A stretch of DNA of 64,000 nt from Auanema rhodensis (Eukaryota; Animalia; Nematoda), in the NCBI GenBank assembly GCA_964057225.1, contig OZ059899.1, forward strand, positions 13,888,001-13,952,000. The letters are read 5' to 3'. The notes under the pieces were generated by a model. That model saw nothing but the letters and a program-made list of their open reading frames with translations. It was not told the DNA's origin and ran no database searches. Positions within the stretch are counted from its first letter, which is position 1; each line of letters opens with the position of its first letter. Made by a program: the position numbers and the translations under genes. Shown in pieces: positions 27,337 through 42,405 of this stretch.

Positions 27337-30300
27337 TTTTTACTTCTTTCTTTTCCCTCATAATACATTTCTCGTAATCTGTTCTTACTCACCTTCCTAA
27401 ATATTTAAATGTAAATTTTCTAAATTCCATCTCAAGGTTCAACGAAAACCTTTTTGTAATCTCTCGCTTTTTTAGTTCAAAAATTCGTAATTTTCGTAGT
27501 TTCTGTCTAGTCATCTGACTTTTCTTACCAACAACATCACACTCAGAATTTCAACATCACCTTTTCAAGGTTCAACGATAACTATTTCAAAGCCATTGTT
27601 TACATTGTGAGGACACCTTCTAGCTTTACCCTGTTCATATTTGGTTCTAACATCCGATCAAAGAGAAGAAGGAGCTGCAACGAACGAAATGAGAGAGAGA
27701 GAGAGAAAGAGCTAGAGAGAGAAGCCAAGGACCATGTGCCGGATTCAGTTTCTCATTGTTCATATTCTCGCACTTACTTGATTTCCATCATTCTTTTATT
27801 CTACTTTTTTTCTTTCTGTTTCATTCCATTTTATTTTTTTATGAAAATTTTGAATTTCATGGACATTTTTGCTGAAAAAAAAGTTGTAGCCAAAGCATGT
27901 TGGATTGTGGACGAGGTTATCTTCGATCAAAAGAATTTCACTCGTTCACTATGTCTTTTCATGTATCTATTTCCTTCGTTTTTCATTATTTTTAAGCTTT
28001 TGTCACAGAAAAATAGGTTAAGCCATCATATAGATCATCTAGCTAGCTAGGCCATTCGACTGTTTGAACTCTCACATAACTTGCATTTCATTGAAAAATG
28101 GCCAAAAAGTGTCATTTTCTGTTATATAAGGTCACAAGATAGATGGTTATACGCAATCATTATTCCCTTAGGGCATAATGATTGAGAAGATTTAGATACA
28201 GTGAAAAAAAAAGCTAAAAAGTTCTATTGTCCTTAGTGCCAACCCGAAAAGTTCAGAAAGAGCTTGAACGGCTGACATCGTTACGTAAACGAGGTCCCCG
28301 GAGATTGAGATGAAATTGCTGAATCAGTTTTTTCCTTAAATTTTACTGAACATCTTAACTTTATTCGTTCTTGTTTTTTCACTTTATATTTATGTTTCTT
28401 TCTTTTCTTTAAGTTTATTTTATTGCAGTTTTGTCTTGTTATGCTGTTTTTTAAACAAAATTAGCATGAAACATTCACGTGGAGCTCACGCAACTTACGA
28501 GCCTCCTTTCATGACGTTAAACAGATAGAGAGCGGTTGAATTTTTTTCCAAAACAGTCAATGAGAGGTTTACGATTTATTTTTTTTTATTTTCATTCAGG
28601 CTTTCACGTTGTTTTCATTTTTGTTTTTAATTGATATCTTCAACTATTTCTTTGTCGACCTCCTACACTAACATATCCCAATTTGAGTTCCGAAATACAT
28701 AATGTTGCGTGTACATATGATGAGTGGCTTTAGATGAGCTTGGTAAAGCTGTGTATGTGAGTGTGTGGACTCGTTTACAGCCCATACATCAACGGTGGTC
28801 CATCATCTTACTCGTTGTTGCTCTGTTGCTTTCTTTCATCTTCTCTTGTTCAATTCAGATATTTGTTACATTAGCCTTCAGATCTCTTCGTTTCTCTTTT
28901 ATAAAACTTTGATATCTTTGATACAATATCCGAATGAGTGAATGGACGAAGAAGAGATATGTATTATTCCTTTCCCACCACCACTCATCGTCCAACAAGA
29001 CACACGTCTGTTTTCAGGTCTTTTATTTTACAACACTTTTTCTATTCTCACTCACCATCTTTTCTCTCCTTATATTTCTCTTAATTCTTTATATTCTATC
29101 TTAATTGTGTTTCTCTCATTTCTCTCACTTTTATATAAACTCTATCATTTCGTCTTTCATTCTAACTTCTCTCACTTAATATGATATGAAAACTATACCC
29201 CTGCCTCCCCCCCCGTACCAGAACAGAGAATTGTGTTTGGGTTATAAGAACCAAGCCGATCGCTTCAAATAACTCTTTTCCATAACTCTTTTATCCTCAA
29301 ACTCAATGTTGCTGTCATTACATGGCTGGCTCCCCCACCCCCTAGTTTTCATTTTCTTAATCAACAGATGTTCATTCTCATCTACTCTCATCCTAATCAT
29401 GTTGTCGATTAACTCTGATTAATTTTTGAATTTTTCTTTTTTTGATTTTCATGTTCTTCCATTAATTCACCCCTATCCCCTCTCTTCCCCTCCCTTTCTC
29501 TCTCTCTCTCTCTATCTTTCTCTCTCAATATCGTCTCTTTAGTTATTCATCTACCTTACTATCTACAATTGTATTCTGTGTTTAGAACCACTTGTATTTC
29601 TGACCTTGCATGACAATAATCTACTTGGCCCAGGTTTATCGTTGATCCAGCTGCTTTCATGTCATCATCATCGTCATCGTGTTGTCACTCATAACCTTTT
29701 TTGAAACAAAACCGTTTCTCTCTTTCATCACTATCTCATTAGTGTTAGATCGTTTTTACCTTAATATATTCAATATGGAAGTCCACTCTCATAATCTCTT
29801 ATAATCTCTTTACCCTTTGACACCTAGTTGTCTCTCTTATTATTCATTTGCTCTTATTCTCTTCACTCGTACAACTAACCTTTCCTTCAATTTACCAGAT
29901 TTTTCAATCATCTATGCATGACGGTCTCTCTCAATAACTTTGTACATTTCGTCCTCTTTTCCCTTATGCGATTTCTCTCTTTTACCCTTTATAAGCTTTC
30001 TCTCTCTTTCTTTTACTTCTCCTCTCCATCTTTTCACCTCACTTAATCAATTCCAAACGATCTTTCAAAGCGTCACATATGTTGCCGGACAAGTTTGAAA
30101 CATCTATTAGGTTTGCATAAACTTGTAAATCTATTTCTATTTACAAGCTGCTTTGCGTATTCAAATGGAAATCACCTGTCAACTATGTCTCTAATGTCCT
30201 TTCATTCATTCCCTCATTCACACTCATTTCCTTCTATCTGCTTGAACTTTCTCATCTTGTCTTGTCCTATCTGAACATCACTATCTGTTACCTTATCTTC

Positions 30301-30679
30301 AAGCTATACCAATCTACTCCACCCATTATGTAGGTAGAGTCTCGGGAATGTCAGACTATATTCTAAACATTCACATACATACATATACATGTATATCCTA
30401 TTCACACCATCTAGCCTTCTAACGTAATTTTACTTATGCAATCAGTTGATTGGACCATGTTTCATGTTCTCTCCATAACATGTCGAGCAGGGTGGATAAA
30501 GAGAGAGAGAGAAAAGAAAAGAGAGGAATAACGAGAGAACGAGAGACTTAAACGGAAAGATAGAGAGAAGTTGAGGAAATGAACTGAATCGGCTGACATC
30601 TAAAGCGCAACTATAGTCTTAACTAAATAAATTTTTCTATTTTAACTTGACTCAACTGCTAATCACACTTCGCTATTAC

Positions 30680-30744
<65 letters not shown>

Positions 30745-33700
30745 TTACTCTCCCTCCGTTCTTTCTCCTTCTATCTTGTTCTATCTATCTTCTAGTCAAC
30801 ATGTAAGTCGTCAATCCAGTCAACTCATCGATGATTTGCTCACCCAATATCTCGTTGTGACTTTCTGTATTTGATATCTGAGGAGCAAGTTGATATGGTG
30901 ATGCAATTGGAGGTCCGTTGTCCTTGCCCAAGATATAGGCAATTAGTCTGTCAGTCAAACAGATCATTGAGTCAATGACTCAATCATCGATTCTCTTTCA
31001 AGCTTGATATACCATCCGACAGAAAACAACATGCAATATCCTTGTTTTCCAATCTTATTTCAAAGAAATATTCGATTATATCTTTGAATAATTTGAAGTA
31101 ATCTTACTAAACTTTTTATTTTATTTGTAATATAATATGTATATTAGATGAAAATAATATTATATAGTATAGAACTAAGTATATTCTCAAAGAAACATAT
31201 CGAAACCAAATTCTTTTGTAAGAACAAAGACAACCGTGTAGAAATGTAATTGAGAAATAGTGTACGTGACCCCCAAAAAAGGAAGAAAAGACAGAAGAGC
31301 AGAAGGTCGAGCTTAAATAAACTGTCTACTCAATGACTATTTGAACAAGAAAAAAACGGACATACAGTACAAAGCCTTTTCATCCTTCTTCTTCTCCTCC
31401 TCATCATCATCATCATCTCTTTAGACATTACTCAGGAGTTAAAACCTCCAGCCTATAACCCTCTTTGAATGTTATTTCTTCTCTCTTCTTTACATCTCTT
31501 TACCTCATCTTTTCTTTTTAGTATATCTTCTCTTTCTCTCTTCCCTTCTTTAGAAACCTTCTTAAACACTTGAAAATGAAAAGAGTTTAACTATTTTACA
31601 CCTAGTATATAGTCTATGAGGAAAACAATGTTTTTCATTCCATCTTGACTCATTTTTCAAATTTTTTTTATATTTCATATATAAATAAACTCTTCTTTAA
31701 CTATATATGATCAATTCATATAACTATATGTAAATGGTTATATTTATTTTCTAAATATGTCACTTTTCTAATGATTTTGTAAAAGAAAAATTCTTCTAAA
31801 TGCTCCTATCCTCTTCTATCTTTCCTCCTCCTCATAGTCCTCGTCTTCATCTAATATCACCGTCAACACTCTGACATTGCACATTTCTTCTCATTCCTTC
31901 AGTATGCTCTAAATATTTCTTTTTGATATTTTGTTATGTCGGCAATTCGTTTTTTTTAACTAAACTACGATTAGTAGTCTTTGATCAACCATATTGTACC
32001 TTGTAGTGATGGGCTCTAAGCAACTACTCTCTTCTGTCATATGAGCTTCAGACTGACTGAGATTCAACGAAACTATTTTTGTTTTTACTTTCATTTTTTG
32101 TCCTATTCATAAAGGTTCTTATGAAGTTCAGTTCATTCCTAACTTTTAGTTCATATCCTACAAGCTGTTCATGTTCACACATCACATCATGATTACACAT
32201 TCTCACGTACGTGAATATGACCGGGGGTGATAGATGAATTGAATGTGTTAGCACCTTTGCGAACTCTTCCTTCAATCTCGATTAGCTCTTCATTGCTGTC
32301 TCGCAAATCTCTGCGTTATTCCTTTCCACTCATCCTCATTCTTCCAATGTCTTACTTCGCTCCGGTCACTGGCCTTGTCTGAGCTACCAAAACACCTGTC
32401 CCTCCTTACGACTCTGCTTCTCATCTGACCCTCTCACGCTATTGTACTGTTTATTCTATCTGACTGTCTATATTCTCTCTATCAACAATAATCTATCTAT
32501 AAATCTTTTCCCTCGTTCAGTTGCTCGTCCGTTACACGCACAGCCATAGCAGCAGCAGCAGTAGCAACAGCGGGCCTTTCGTTGAATATCTACAGCCTGA
32601 AACCTTATTCCTAATATTCTTCCATACGCTGATTTTCCTTAGACAAAATTCTTTTTTCTTTTTATTTTCAAGTTTCTTATTGTTTTTCTCATTTCCCATC
32701 TTTATAGCTTGCTTTATCTACTTCTCCACATGTAGTCCTCGCCTTCCTCTCTCTCTTAAGAATTAGTCTATTTGGTTTTTCCTAACACATCACTGTTCGA
32801 TCATTGTCCTTTAAAGTTGTTACCTTCCTTCTTACACGAAAATGCTTTTATCCACTATGTATCATCTTTGTTGTAAATCTCTATTCGATCTAACATCTTG
32901 TTCTCAGACCTTTTTCGTCCTTTTCCCCTTTCTCAATTCAAAATGTCTCTAATTAGTTACAAAAATTTAATTTCATCGTCATGTTTCAGCTGTTTCTTAC
33001 CAATGCCTCTTTCAATTTCCTTTATTTTTGAAACATTTTTTTTCATTTGTATTATGGTTTCTATCATCGTAATCATCATCATCTGCATGTTATTGGTCTT
33101 TGAAATCAAATTACCAAATTCGTATTCTATCATGCTCTTTGATAACCACTTGTTACACATCAATCTTATCTTATATTGAACTACCTGCTTTGTTTATTTT
33201 TCTCTTTCTCTCAGCCTTCTCCTCATTCTCCCTCACTCCGTATTTTCCGTGAATTAACCTATTTCTGTGACTTGAACTGTACTGAAGTCAATTGATTTCT
33301 GCCAATCGTTTGCTTTTGATTTCACACATTTCAATTTCACTTACAATTCTCTATTCTCTCTTCTCTTCATATTGTGTTACTACAATTCCAAGTATTTGTA
33401 TTTTTAGTATTTTCTATTTAATTTTTTTCAAGATATAACATAGATCGTTATGACAAAAGTCTGTCTGGCACTAGAGAACAATGTCATGATGATGATGGAA
33501 TTGAGAGTATTTGCTAGCTATTTCCATTAGTTTTTGCTTCAAACCTTGTTTTATCTTTCATAAGCTTCTTAAATAACTGATCTGCTGATAGATTTTACTT
33601 GCTATTTCAATCCGTTCCATCCATATTTTGTACAAAAAATTGATATAAAGTATAGAGTTGTAAGTTGATTTTCATTTTTTTTTATATCGACTTCTTCATC

Positions 33701-34553
33701 CTTATTTTTTTCCCAAATTAACACATATTTCAAAAAATAATTTAAATTACAAGCTTTCATTTCTTTTTTCTGATGTCAATTACTAGAAAAAAAGGTGATT
33801 TGGAAGCTTTTAAGTCATGTTAATTCTATGAATAGCAAAAGCAGTGTGATAAACAGATTTCATTTTTAACCTTTGCTTCTTCGTTCAATCAACAAACATT
33901 TGACATTTTTGAACAAAAAAAAAATGAAGATTTGAAGATTGATTTACTTGATTTATGTATATATATTTATTTATTTATTTGAAATTATTAAAGAATATTG
34001 GAAATATATCAGATGCTACATCATCAACATCATCATCATCATCATCATCATAAGATTCATTTATTTCAATCATCAATCGTATCTATTTTCTTCTTTTAAT
34101 CATTTTTGAAATACAAAATTCATATTTCTAAAGCTGTATTTGCAAAAAAAAATGGTTTATTACTTTAAATGTATACGATAAATAAGTACAGGCCACGTCA
34201 AACCACGTGACTTGCATCTTAATTCATTTTCAACTGATCAGATGTCAGACTCGGTTGGTTTTAGTTGCTATTACTACTAATGCCATACTAGTACTAGTTT
34301 CATATTCTTCTCTTAATTTGTGTGTCTTATGCACAAAAAACTAACAGAAAATGTTCTTTTCATCATTTTTCTCTTTTGTTTGCGATTAGTTTCTGCTCTT
34401 CCCCTTTGTGTATATGTATATATCTTCCTGTTCTTCCACACTACCATATTTCATGAAGGAAAAAAGATGTTTTTCTAGCATCATCTGCTTGTAATGCTCA
34501 CTCACAGAAGACGCAGCCACAGAAGAAAATGGTGATGAAGAAAAAGCAGCAAC

Positions 34554-34557
<4 letters not shown>

Positions 34558-34591
<34 letters not shown>

Positions 34592-34611
34592 CAGCAGCAG
34601 CAGCAGCAGCA
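34558..34611. repeat. Compound (GTA)n(GCA)n microsatellite
   Basis: About 11 GTA followed by about 7 GCA; explains ORF 34386..34640. Confidence 0.9.
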
Positions 34612-37600
34612 GTGGTCGAGAAACAGTGTGACCTGACCATCGACTGGCTAATACCATTGGCCCAGTCCCATGTATATAGATAGCGAGGTTAATGTGATAA
34701 TGAGATGCATAGTATTCAAACTCAATTGTCGGATTTTGCTCTCAATCACCACACTAATTCGGCCCGTCTAGCCCTCCACCTCCTTCAATCTCTTATAATC
34801 AATCTTGCCTCTTCTAACTTATTTTCCTTCTCTCTCTTTATTCTCTCCTCCTCTTTATTTCTCTCTCTCTCTATCTTTTCCGATTGGTCATTTTAACGAA
34901 TAGAAAATATATGAAAGCGCCATGAAAACACTGCTATGTTGCTCATTACATTTTTCTCGCCTTTTCTACTTATGAATGTCTTGTCAACTCTTCAGATCTT
35001 TTATTTCGTTAGTCTTCTATTTCTTGAGTAGTATGAGCACCCTCTCCCATCTCATAGATGATGTCCTTTATTCATTTCTTCTAAAAATTTAGCTGAAAGA
35101 GAGAGAGTAAGCAGTATGAGAGGGAGGGAGAGAGAGACTAAGGGATACAGAGAGCAATCTGTATTCCATGTTTCGCCCTCGTCCATTGCTTGTTAGCATT
35201 CTTTCAATATTACATTAAGAACAAGTGGCAGTAAGATGAAATAATAACAAAATGTCTGACATCTTCTGACCAATGCCAAAGACTTCCGATTTTCTTTCTT
35301 TCTCTCTCCTTTATTGACCATTCAATCCAATCTTTCGCACTCTCTCACTTCCTTCCCCTCTCTTTCGTTCTCAATGTCATACCACATCTTTTCTCCACAT
35401 TTCTGTTATAGTTTCTCTCTTACACCCTCTCTATGCTTCCGAGATTTATCTTTTCCTTCTTACGTTATCCAACTGGCTAGAGCCTTCTCACCAATTTATC
35501 TTCTCTCTTCTCCAACATTCCTTATATATTACATATAAAACTGCTCATGTAAGACGAATTCTCCTTATTAAGTATTCCGTTATATGAATTGTATACTTTT
35601 CTGCCGTCTGTTTTCTTTCGACATCAAATACAGCAGCATTTGCATGGCCTATTCGTTCCACTCCTTCGGCTTTCCGCACTTCGCTCGCTCTTTCTCCTGT
35701 CAGCATTCGTTCATGTTCTCCTCATCTAAGCATCTTTCTGCTTGATTATCTGACCATACCTGAGTGATTTATACAGCTCATATTCAATATCATACAAATC
35801 CAAAATCCTATAATGGGCTAAACAACATAAAACTCTTGCGGAAAGACGGAATCATGAGCTTCTGTTCAAGCCTGCTGCAGCGCTTTATGACATCGTCGTA
35901 TCGCTGTAGTTTGCACCGCACCGGATATCCGCCTTTTAGCTTGAGTTCATTCCCTCTATGACTACATATTCATTCTTCTTTCAATTCTTTTTTAAAAATA
36001 AAACGATCAGTGTGAATGAACAGTTTGAAAATGGGAAAGGTGAAAGAAAGTGGAAATGCGGTTGGTCAGAATCAACAGGGCCGTCCGCTCCATAAAGATT
36101 TGGCTGTCTGTCAGGTATTTGGAAAGGAGTTTCTTCTTTTCTTATCAGTGCTGACTACCTTCTCTCTTTACCATCTATCTCTCTAAACCTCGTAATATGA
36201 ATGAATGTTTTCCTGTGTTACCTAACCGTTTCGTTTGACTGTTACTTTTAAATTCACATTAAAAACATGATGAAAGAAAAAAGAAAAAACAGAGAGAAAG
36301 AATAAAAGAAAGAAAAAATCATTTTATCACATCCTTTATTTCATTTTTATTGAATTTTACGGTCATTTAAACGATGTATCATTCTTTTCTCTCTCTCTTT
36401 CATCTGTGTTGCCATTGATCACACTCAACAACATTGCAACTTATCATAATAATCATATTTTGACTCACAATTACCTTTTCTCATGAAGATATTTCTTTAT
36501 GAAACGTTCTATAATCTACTTTTCTTCTACGAAATTTTCCAACAAATATAGATAACTGTAATCATATTTAATTTATTTTTATTATCTTATCTCTATTACA
36601 AATTTCAAGCTCTTTGTATTTCTCGTGTGTTTTTTTAACTTTTTTTTGTTTCATTCGGTCAGGTTCAATTTCTTTATTCGAAAGTTCTATTTTGCCTTTT
36701 TCATGTTTTGATCAGCTGATCCTCTCTGATCTGCTACTAACTACAAAATCTTTTATAGTTATATCAGTTAATCCATACCATATAACTAGTAAGAAATTTG
36801 AAAAGTGAATGAAAATTGATCAGCAACTTCTCCCTTTTTCTATTTTTCTCATGAGCTTCGCTGAACATCTGAACCTTTTTAGTACGTTTTTTCGTTGCTC
36901 CATTTTCTTTTTTTTTTCTCTCATTTCCTGAAATATTTTAAAAGATCCTTCAATTCCTCAACTTACTCTTACTCACCTTATATTGCTCTATTAAAGTGCT
37001 TCTAAGATTTTACTATATGATGAATTATTCAAAATCTTGAAGGAAATTATTTCCGACGATGACCTCTGCTTCGAATAATCAACCATCTGTTACTATCGCC
37101 TAGAAACATTTGATTATTCTGAAGAACCTTCGGGTTAACCAAAGTAGAATCGTGGCCCGGTTTCCGACTCATTTCCTCTTCATTCTTGGATGTCGCACGT
37201 GAATTGTTCGTCCTAGTTCACGTAATTTGCATAATCGACGTCAAATCTCCGGAGAAATTGAGTGCTTCGGCTTTTGCAAATGGTCCCCCTGCGACAACGG
37301 TTAGTGTGCATGTATATATGTGTTTGAACTTAGCCGAATACGCTGAGTATACAAATTGGAAAGATATGTTGCCAGTCAAAGTTATACTTCCTGTTGACCT
37401 TATGTTATAGACATGTGCCCTTAACTTGTAAAAATATCTACATATCTCTATCTGTACCTGTTGCTTGCGGCAACTTTAACTTGTAGTTCTTGTATATAGG
37501 CTTCTTCTCTTGTTCTCCTTGTTCTTGTGTATATATGTTCCGCGGAGCAAGAATATTTGACTTCTTGTTCTAATGTCTTCTTCTTTTCACATTCGAAAGA

Positions 37601-38474
37601 TATCATATGGCAAAACAATCATCATCATCATTACTACCAGTACCAGTAGTTGAGTTGTACCTTCATCATCTTATTCCTTCTTTCCTATGTTCTTGCCCCA
37701 ATTCTTAATATCTTTTGGTTTATTTAAAATAAGTTTCAATCATATGGCATATTTCATCCTCCAAACTCTTCAAATTTTTAAAATAACAATTCAAGCTCTA
37801 AAAACTGATCTGACTCACACCAGCTTTACAGCATTTTCTCTTACTCATCTCTTATTTTCTTTCAATTTTACCTTCTTATTAAACTTTTTAAAAAAAGTTT
37901 TTATTTATCTTTTTTTTCTTTTTTTTTTCAAATTACTATACAACTTGTAACATGCTCAATTTCAAGTTTTAAAACACAGAAAGAAAAACTTTAATTTCTT
38001 TTATACGTCTTGTATGTGAGTTGATTTTATTTTTCTACCACATGTTACCATCTGTTTTGATTGTGGTTTTTTCTCTATTATTCTCAATTTTCTTGTATTT
38101 TTTCAAAAAAAAAGAAAAAACTATAAGTATTTCATATATTATGAATATATATTCACGTATTTGTATTAGTTAACGTATAATTATTTTAATTATTTATGTT
38201 AATTTTCATTTAAATTTGTATTTGTTATCGTATTTTCTTGTTCTTGCTACGTGTCTTCTGGTACTACAGCTACACGTCGTTATTTCATTTTACTCTTCAT
38301 CTGCAATTCTATTCTGTTTTTCAGTTCCTCAGGCGTCTTCATACAGTAATATTACTGTAAAAGACTTCTGCCGACTTTCGGACAAGTCTGTAACGTGTTC
38401 GTTCATCGAGAATCCATTGCTATGCATAAGAGCATTGTCTGACTTGTCGTTATACGGCTTCTGCTTCTCCTTTT

Positions 38475-41400
38475 ATGGATCTCATAACTAATCACGTCAC
38501 GATAAGCTTTCCATTCTCAAAATGCAAATGGTAAGACATAAGATGAGTACTTAGTTTAACTAAGCATATTGCAGGATTCGGCAGGTCTTCTCTTACAAAT
38601 TTTTATATTTTTGCACCTTTCTTCTTTTTGTAAAAGTGTCATCAGCAACAAATGATGTAAGTTTATCTCTTTATTTGATGCTTTTCACATTGTTTTTCGA
38701 TTTAATTTACATGTATCCTTGTAGGATGCTCACTTTTTCACCTCTACCACATCCTCAAGTGCCTCAGCTTTGAGAAAAGCTTATACAAATGAATGGGCTC
38801 TTCGCATTGAAGGTGCCGATGAGTCTAAAGCTAAGGCTCTAGCTTCCAAATATGGGTATATCTATCTGGGTCGAGTAAGTTATTTATGCAGTTGTTTTAT
38901 TGTATTTGATATTAATCTATGTTTTTCTTTCTTTTTTCAATTTTTCATTCAAAAAATGAAAGTGACTTGAAGCTTTATTCATAAATTTCTCCTTTTCTCA
39001 TTGAAATTGCAAAATCCTTTTTGGTGCAATCAGTCATTCTTCTAGAAGCAGAACATGACATCATCGATCAAAATGATGTCGTTGTTGAAAAATTTTTTGA
39101 AATGAAAAGCTGAATTTAATCTGAAAAAGTTTTAATTCAAGTTTCATTGTTTAGATTATTCCGGGTGAAGATTATTTCCTTTTTCGTAATGCTAACCAAC
39201 GTACCAGATCTTCAAGAAAGTCACGTAGTTTACAACTTAATGCAATTTCGCATGAACCAGAGGTATATTGTTGTTTTCTCTATTTTAAGATTCTTTTTAT
39301 TGTTTTCTTCGTTAGATTACATGGGTTGAACAACAAATCGCAAAAAAACGTGTTAAACGAGACTATCGGAGGTATCAGAGGAATAGCCGAATGCATGACG
39401 ATGTAAGTATTTGAACATACAATTTAAGCATTATATCTTTAAATTTGTTTTATCAAATAAGCATATAGTAATTTGTGATGTTACAGGGAAATGATATAAT
39501 CCATGAGGATGATTCACTTGTTAGTAAGTCGAGAAATCGGAAATATCCGGATCCTAATGACCCTCTGTGGACTGACATGTGGTACTTGGTTAGTTGTCCA
39601 GCCGCTTTCTTTTAGATCTTTTATCATTATTTATGTTTTTTATCGTTTTCGTATTTAGAATCGTGCTGATCTTTCCTCTAATGCTAAGATGGATCATAAC
39701 GTGAAAGAAGCTTGGGATTTAGGATATACAGGCAGAGGGGTAGTAGTAACTATTCTTGATGATGGTTTAGAAAGAACTCATCCTGATATCTCGCCAAATT
39801 ATGTAAATTATATAGCATATTATGTTATTCTGACTATATTTCTTCAGGATCCTCGAGCTTCATATGATGTTAACGATCGCGATGACGACCCGATGCCACG
39901 ATATGAGTACTCAGATGAAAATCGTCACGGAACAAGGTGAATATAAAGAATTATCCTTCTTCATCAAAACATAACAATCTGAGCCTTCTATTTTGAAAAA
40001 CAACTTCAAATATTCGAATGTATACCTCTGAAAATGAGAATATTTTTTTAAAGAGCACGCGTGATGAGCGGTTGTTTTAATTCAGAAAAATCTTTAATTA
40101 AATTTAATTTTCATATAATAGCTTTGGATTATTGAATATCAAATAATTCACATTGATTCTATTGAGATTGATTCTTTCGATTTAATATATTGTGAGATGA
40201 GCATTTCAAATTATTCTTTGGGTCATTTTATGATGGGCTGTATTTTCTTGTATCTGATCTAATGTACGAGCTATATCGGCCATCTTCAAAGAGTTTTTCA
40301 TGAAAATTTCTTATAATATGATATTGCTTATAAAATAATCAATATGAGTTATAAAATATTGCAGATGTGCCGGTGAAGTTGCTGCAATCTTCAATAATAG
40401 CTTATGCATTGTTGGTATTGCTTACAATGCCAACATTGGAGGGATTAGAATGTTGGATGGTGATGTCAGTGATGCAGTTGAAGCTGCTTCTCTTGGACAT
40501 AATTCAGATTACATAGACATTTATAGGTAATTGTTGTCACATATTACCAATTATATTTTTTGTTTTTCTTTTAGCGCTTCTTGGGGACCAGATGATGATG
40601 GTAGAACTGTTGATGGACCCGCAAAGCTGACCCGAGCTGCATTTGAGAGGGGAATTCGAGAAGGACGTCGTGGTAAAGGATCTGTCTTCATTTGGGCGTC
40701 TGGAAATGGTGGAAAGGATGCCGATTCATGTAATTGTGATGGCTATACCAACAGGTATATAAACTAATTTTGCAAACTTTTCATTAAAATATTCGTTTTT
40801 TAGCATTTACACCTTATCTATATCATCAGCTACTGAAAATGGAAATATTCCTTGGTATTCTGAGGCATGTAGTAGCACTCTTGCCACTACATACTCTAGC
40901 GGAGCAAGTGGCGAAAAAATGATTGTAAGTTTAAAAGAGTTTTCCAGCCTTTCATCATGTTTTCAATTTTTCAGGTTACAACTGATTTACATCACGCTTG
41001 TACTCACACTCATACTGGTACCTCTGCTTCTGCTCCATTAGCCGCTGGAATTGTTGCTTTAGCTCTCGAAGCTAACGCTGATCTTTCATGGAGAGATCTT
41101 CAAGTAAATTATTATTCAAGGGTTTAAAGACTTATTTTCTTATTATAGCATATCGTCATTCGCACCGCAAAGCCAATTCATTTGCGAGCTGGTGACTGGG
41201 TTACCAACGGTGTAGGACGTAATGTATCTCATAGTTTTGGGTAAGTATATTGGTGTTTCAACTCCAGAAACCTTTTCATGTTATGCATTTCTTTAGATAC
41301 GGCTTGATGGATGCTGGTGCTATGGTTCGATTAGCTAGAAACTGGACAACTGTAGGTACCCAAAGAGCTTGTTGGCAGTTTTATCCCAGTCGATTCAAGT

Positions 41401-42037
41401 AAGATCAATATTTATAGTTTTTTGCTTAATGATTATTCTTATAGGACTATTCCTCATGGAAATCGGCTGCAGTTGCAGTTATACACAGATGGTTGTATTT
41501 CTGACCCACTACATCATGTTGTTTTCTTGGAGCATGTTCAGGCAATTATCTCCCTAAAAGCTCCCAAACGAGGCGATATCCAGATTTATTTAACAAGTCC
41601 CCTAGGTATATATTATTTTTTCTATTTGTATTATCTTTATGAGTATAGGTACACGTTCAACACTTTTAACTAAACGCTCTCGCGATGCTTCTCGAGCGGG
41701 TTTCGTAGAATGGGCATTCATGACAACGCACAGTTGGGGAGAAACTGCAGCTGGATTATGGACCTTAGAAATTGATAATGACGGCTGGGATGGTATTTAG
41801 ATATTATCATGTAATTATCTATACAATTATATTTTAGATGCTGAATTGGTGAAATGGGATTTAGTCATGTTTGGCACCACTGAAGAAACAACCGAATTTG
41901 GTGGTCGACATCCATCAGCTGTAATGGCTCGCTCAATCAGTCGTCTAGATGATGCATCATCTTCATCATCGTCATCCATAGTTTCACAGATTTTATTTCT
42001 TCTCTGTTTTATCATTTCTACCCTGCTCAACTATTAA
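38475..42037 (+). CDS. kpc-1: Furin/Kex2-like proprotein convertase
   Basis: Signal peptide exon ([25 protein letters not shown]), prodomain [12 protein letters not shown], autocleavage KKRVKR, catalytic ILDDG / NRHGTRCAGE / ASGNGG / [10 protein letters not shown]-domain KRGD, and the KPC-1-type end [19 protein letters not shown] plus hydrophobic C-terminus. First in-frame ATG is 38475. Confidence 0.95.
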
Positions 42038-42285
42038 CCTTTTACTAATCTCAATTTGAGCTTAGAATAAGACTTTTTTTTTCATTTATTAAAATCCAAG
42101 CGTCTAGGAACGGACTCAAATTCCATTACCGGTGACCGTGATATAAGTTTTTTTTAGCAATTTGCTATAGATGTTTTGCATCTTTTTATATTATTTGTCA
42201 GTAGGTTAATATTGTATGCTTCTTATAGTAAAAGATAATTGGTTGTGATAATTATATATATATTGATCATACCGCTTTTGTTTTT

Positions 42286-42405
42286 AATGTTGAACCTATC
42301 TTGTCATATTTGGGAGTTGTAAGACATTCCAGTCGTGTCCCTTATGGTAATCTATAGATCGTCTTTCTATCTTTTTTCTTGAACTCCCAACTCGGATTCA
42401 ACATT
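42286..42405 (+). other. Structured element (nested stem-loop) in kpc-1 3'UTR
   Basis: AATGTTGAA 42286-94 pairs with TTCAACATT 42397-405. Nested inside, TTGGGAGTT 42310-18 pairs with AACTCCCAA 42382-90, extended by TAAGA/TCTTG. Confidence 0.7.

Noticed and set aside
27816-27823. CTGTTTCA piRNA (Ruby) core
   Set aside because: Isolated occurrence, no cluster; expected by chance.
40061-40260. C-box GTGATGA in a kpc-1 intron suggesting a C/D snoRNA
   Set aside because: Nearest CTGA is about 190 nt away with no terminal stem; better explained by the recurrent DNA motif.
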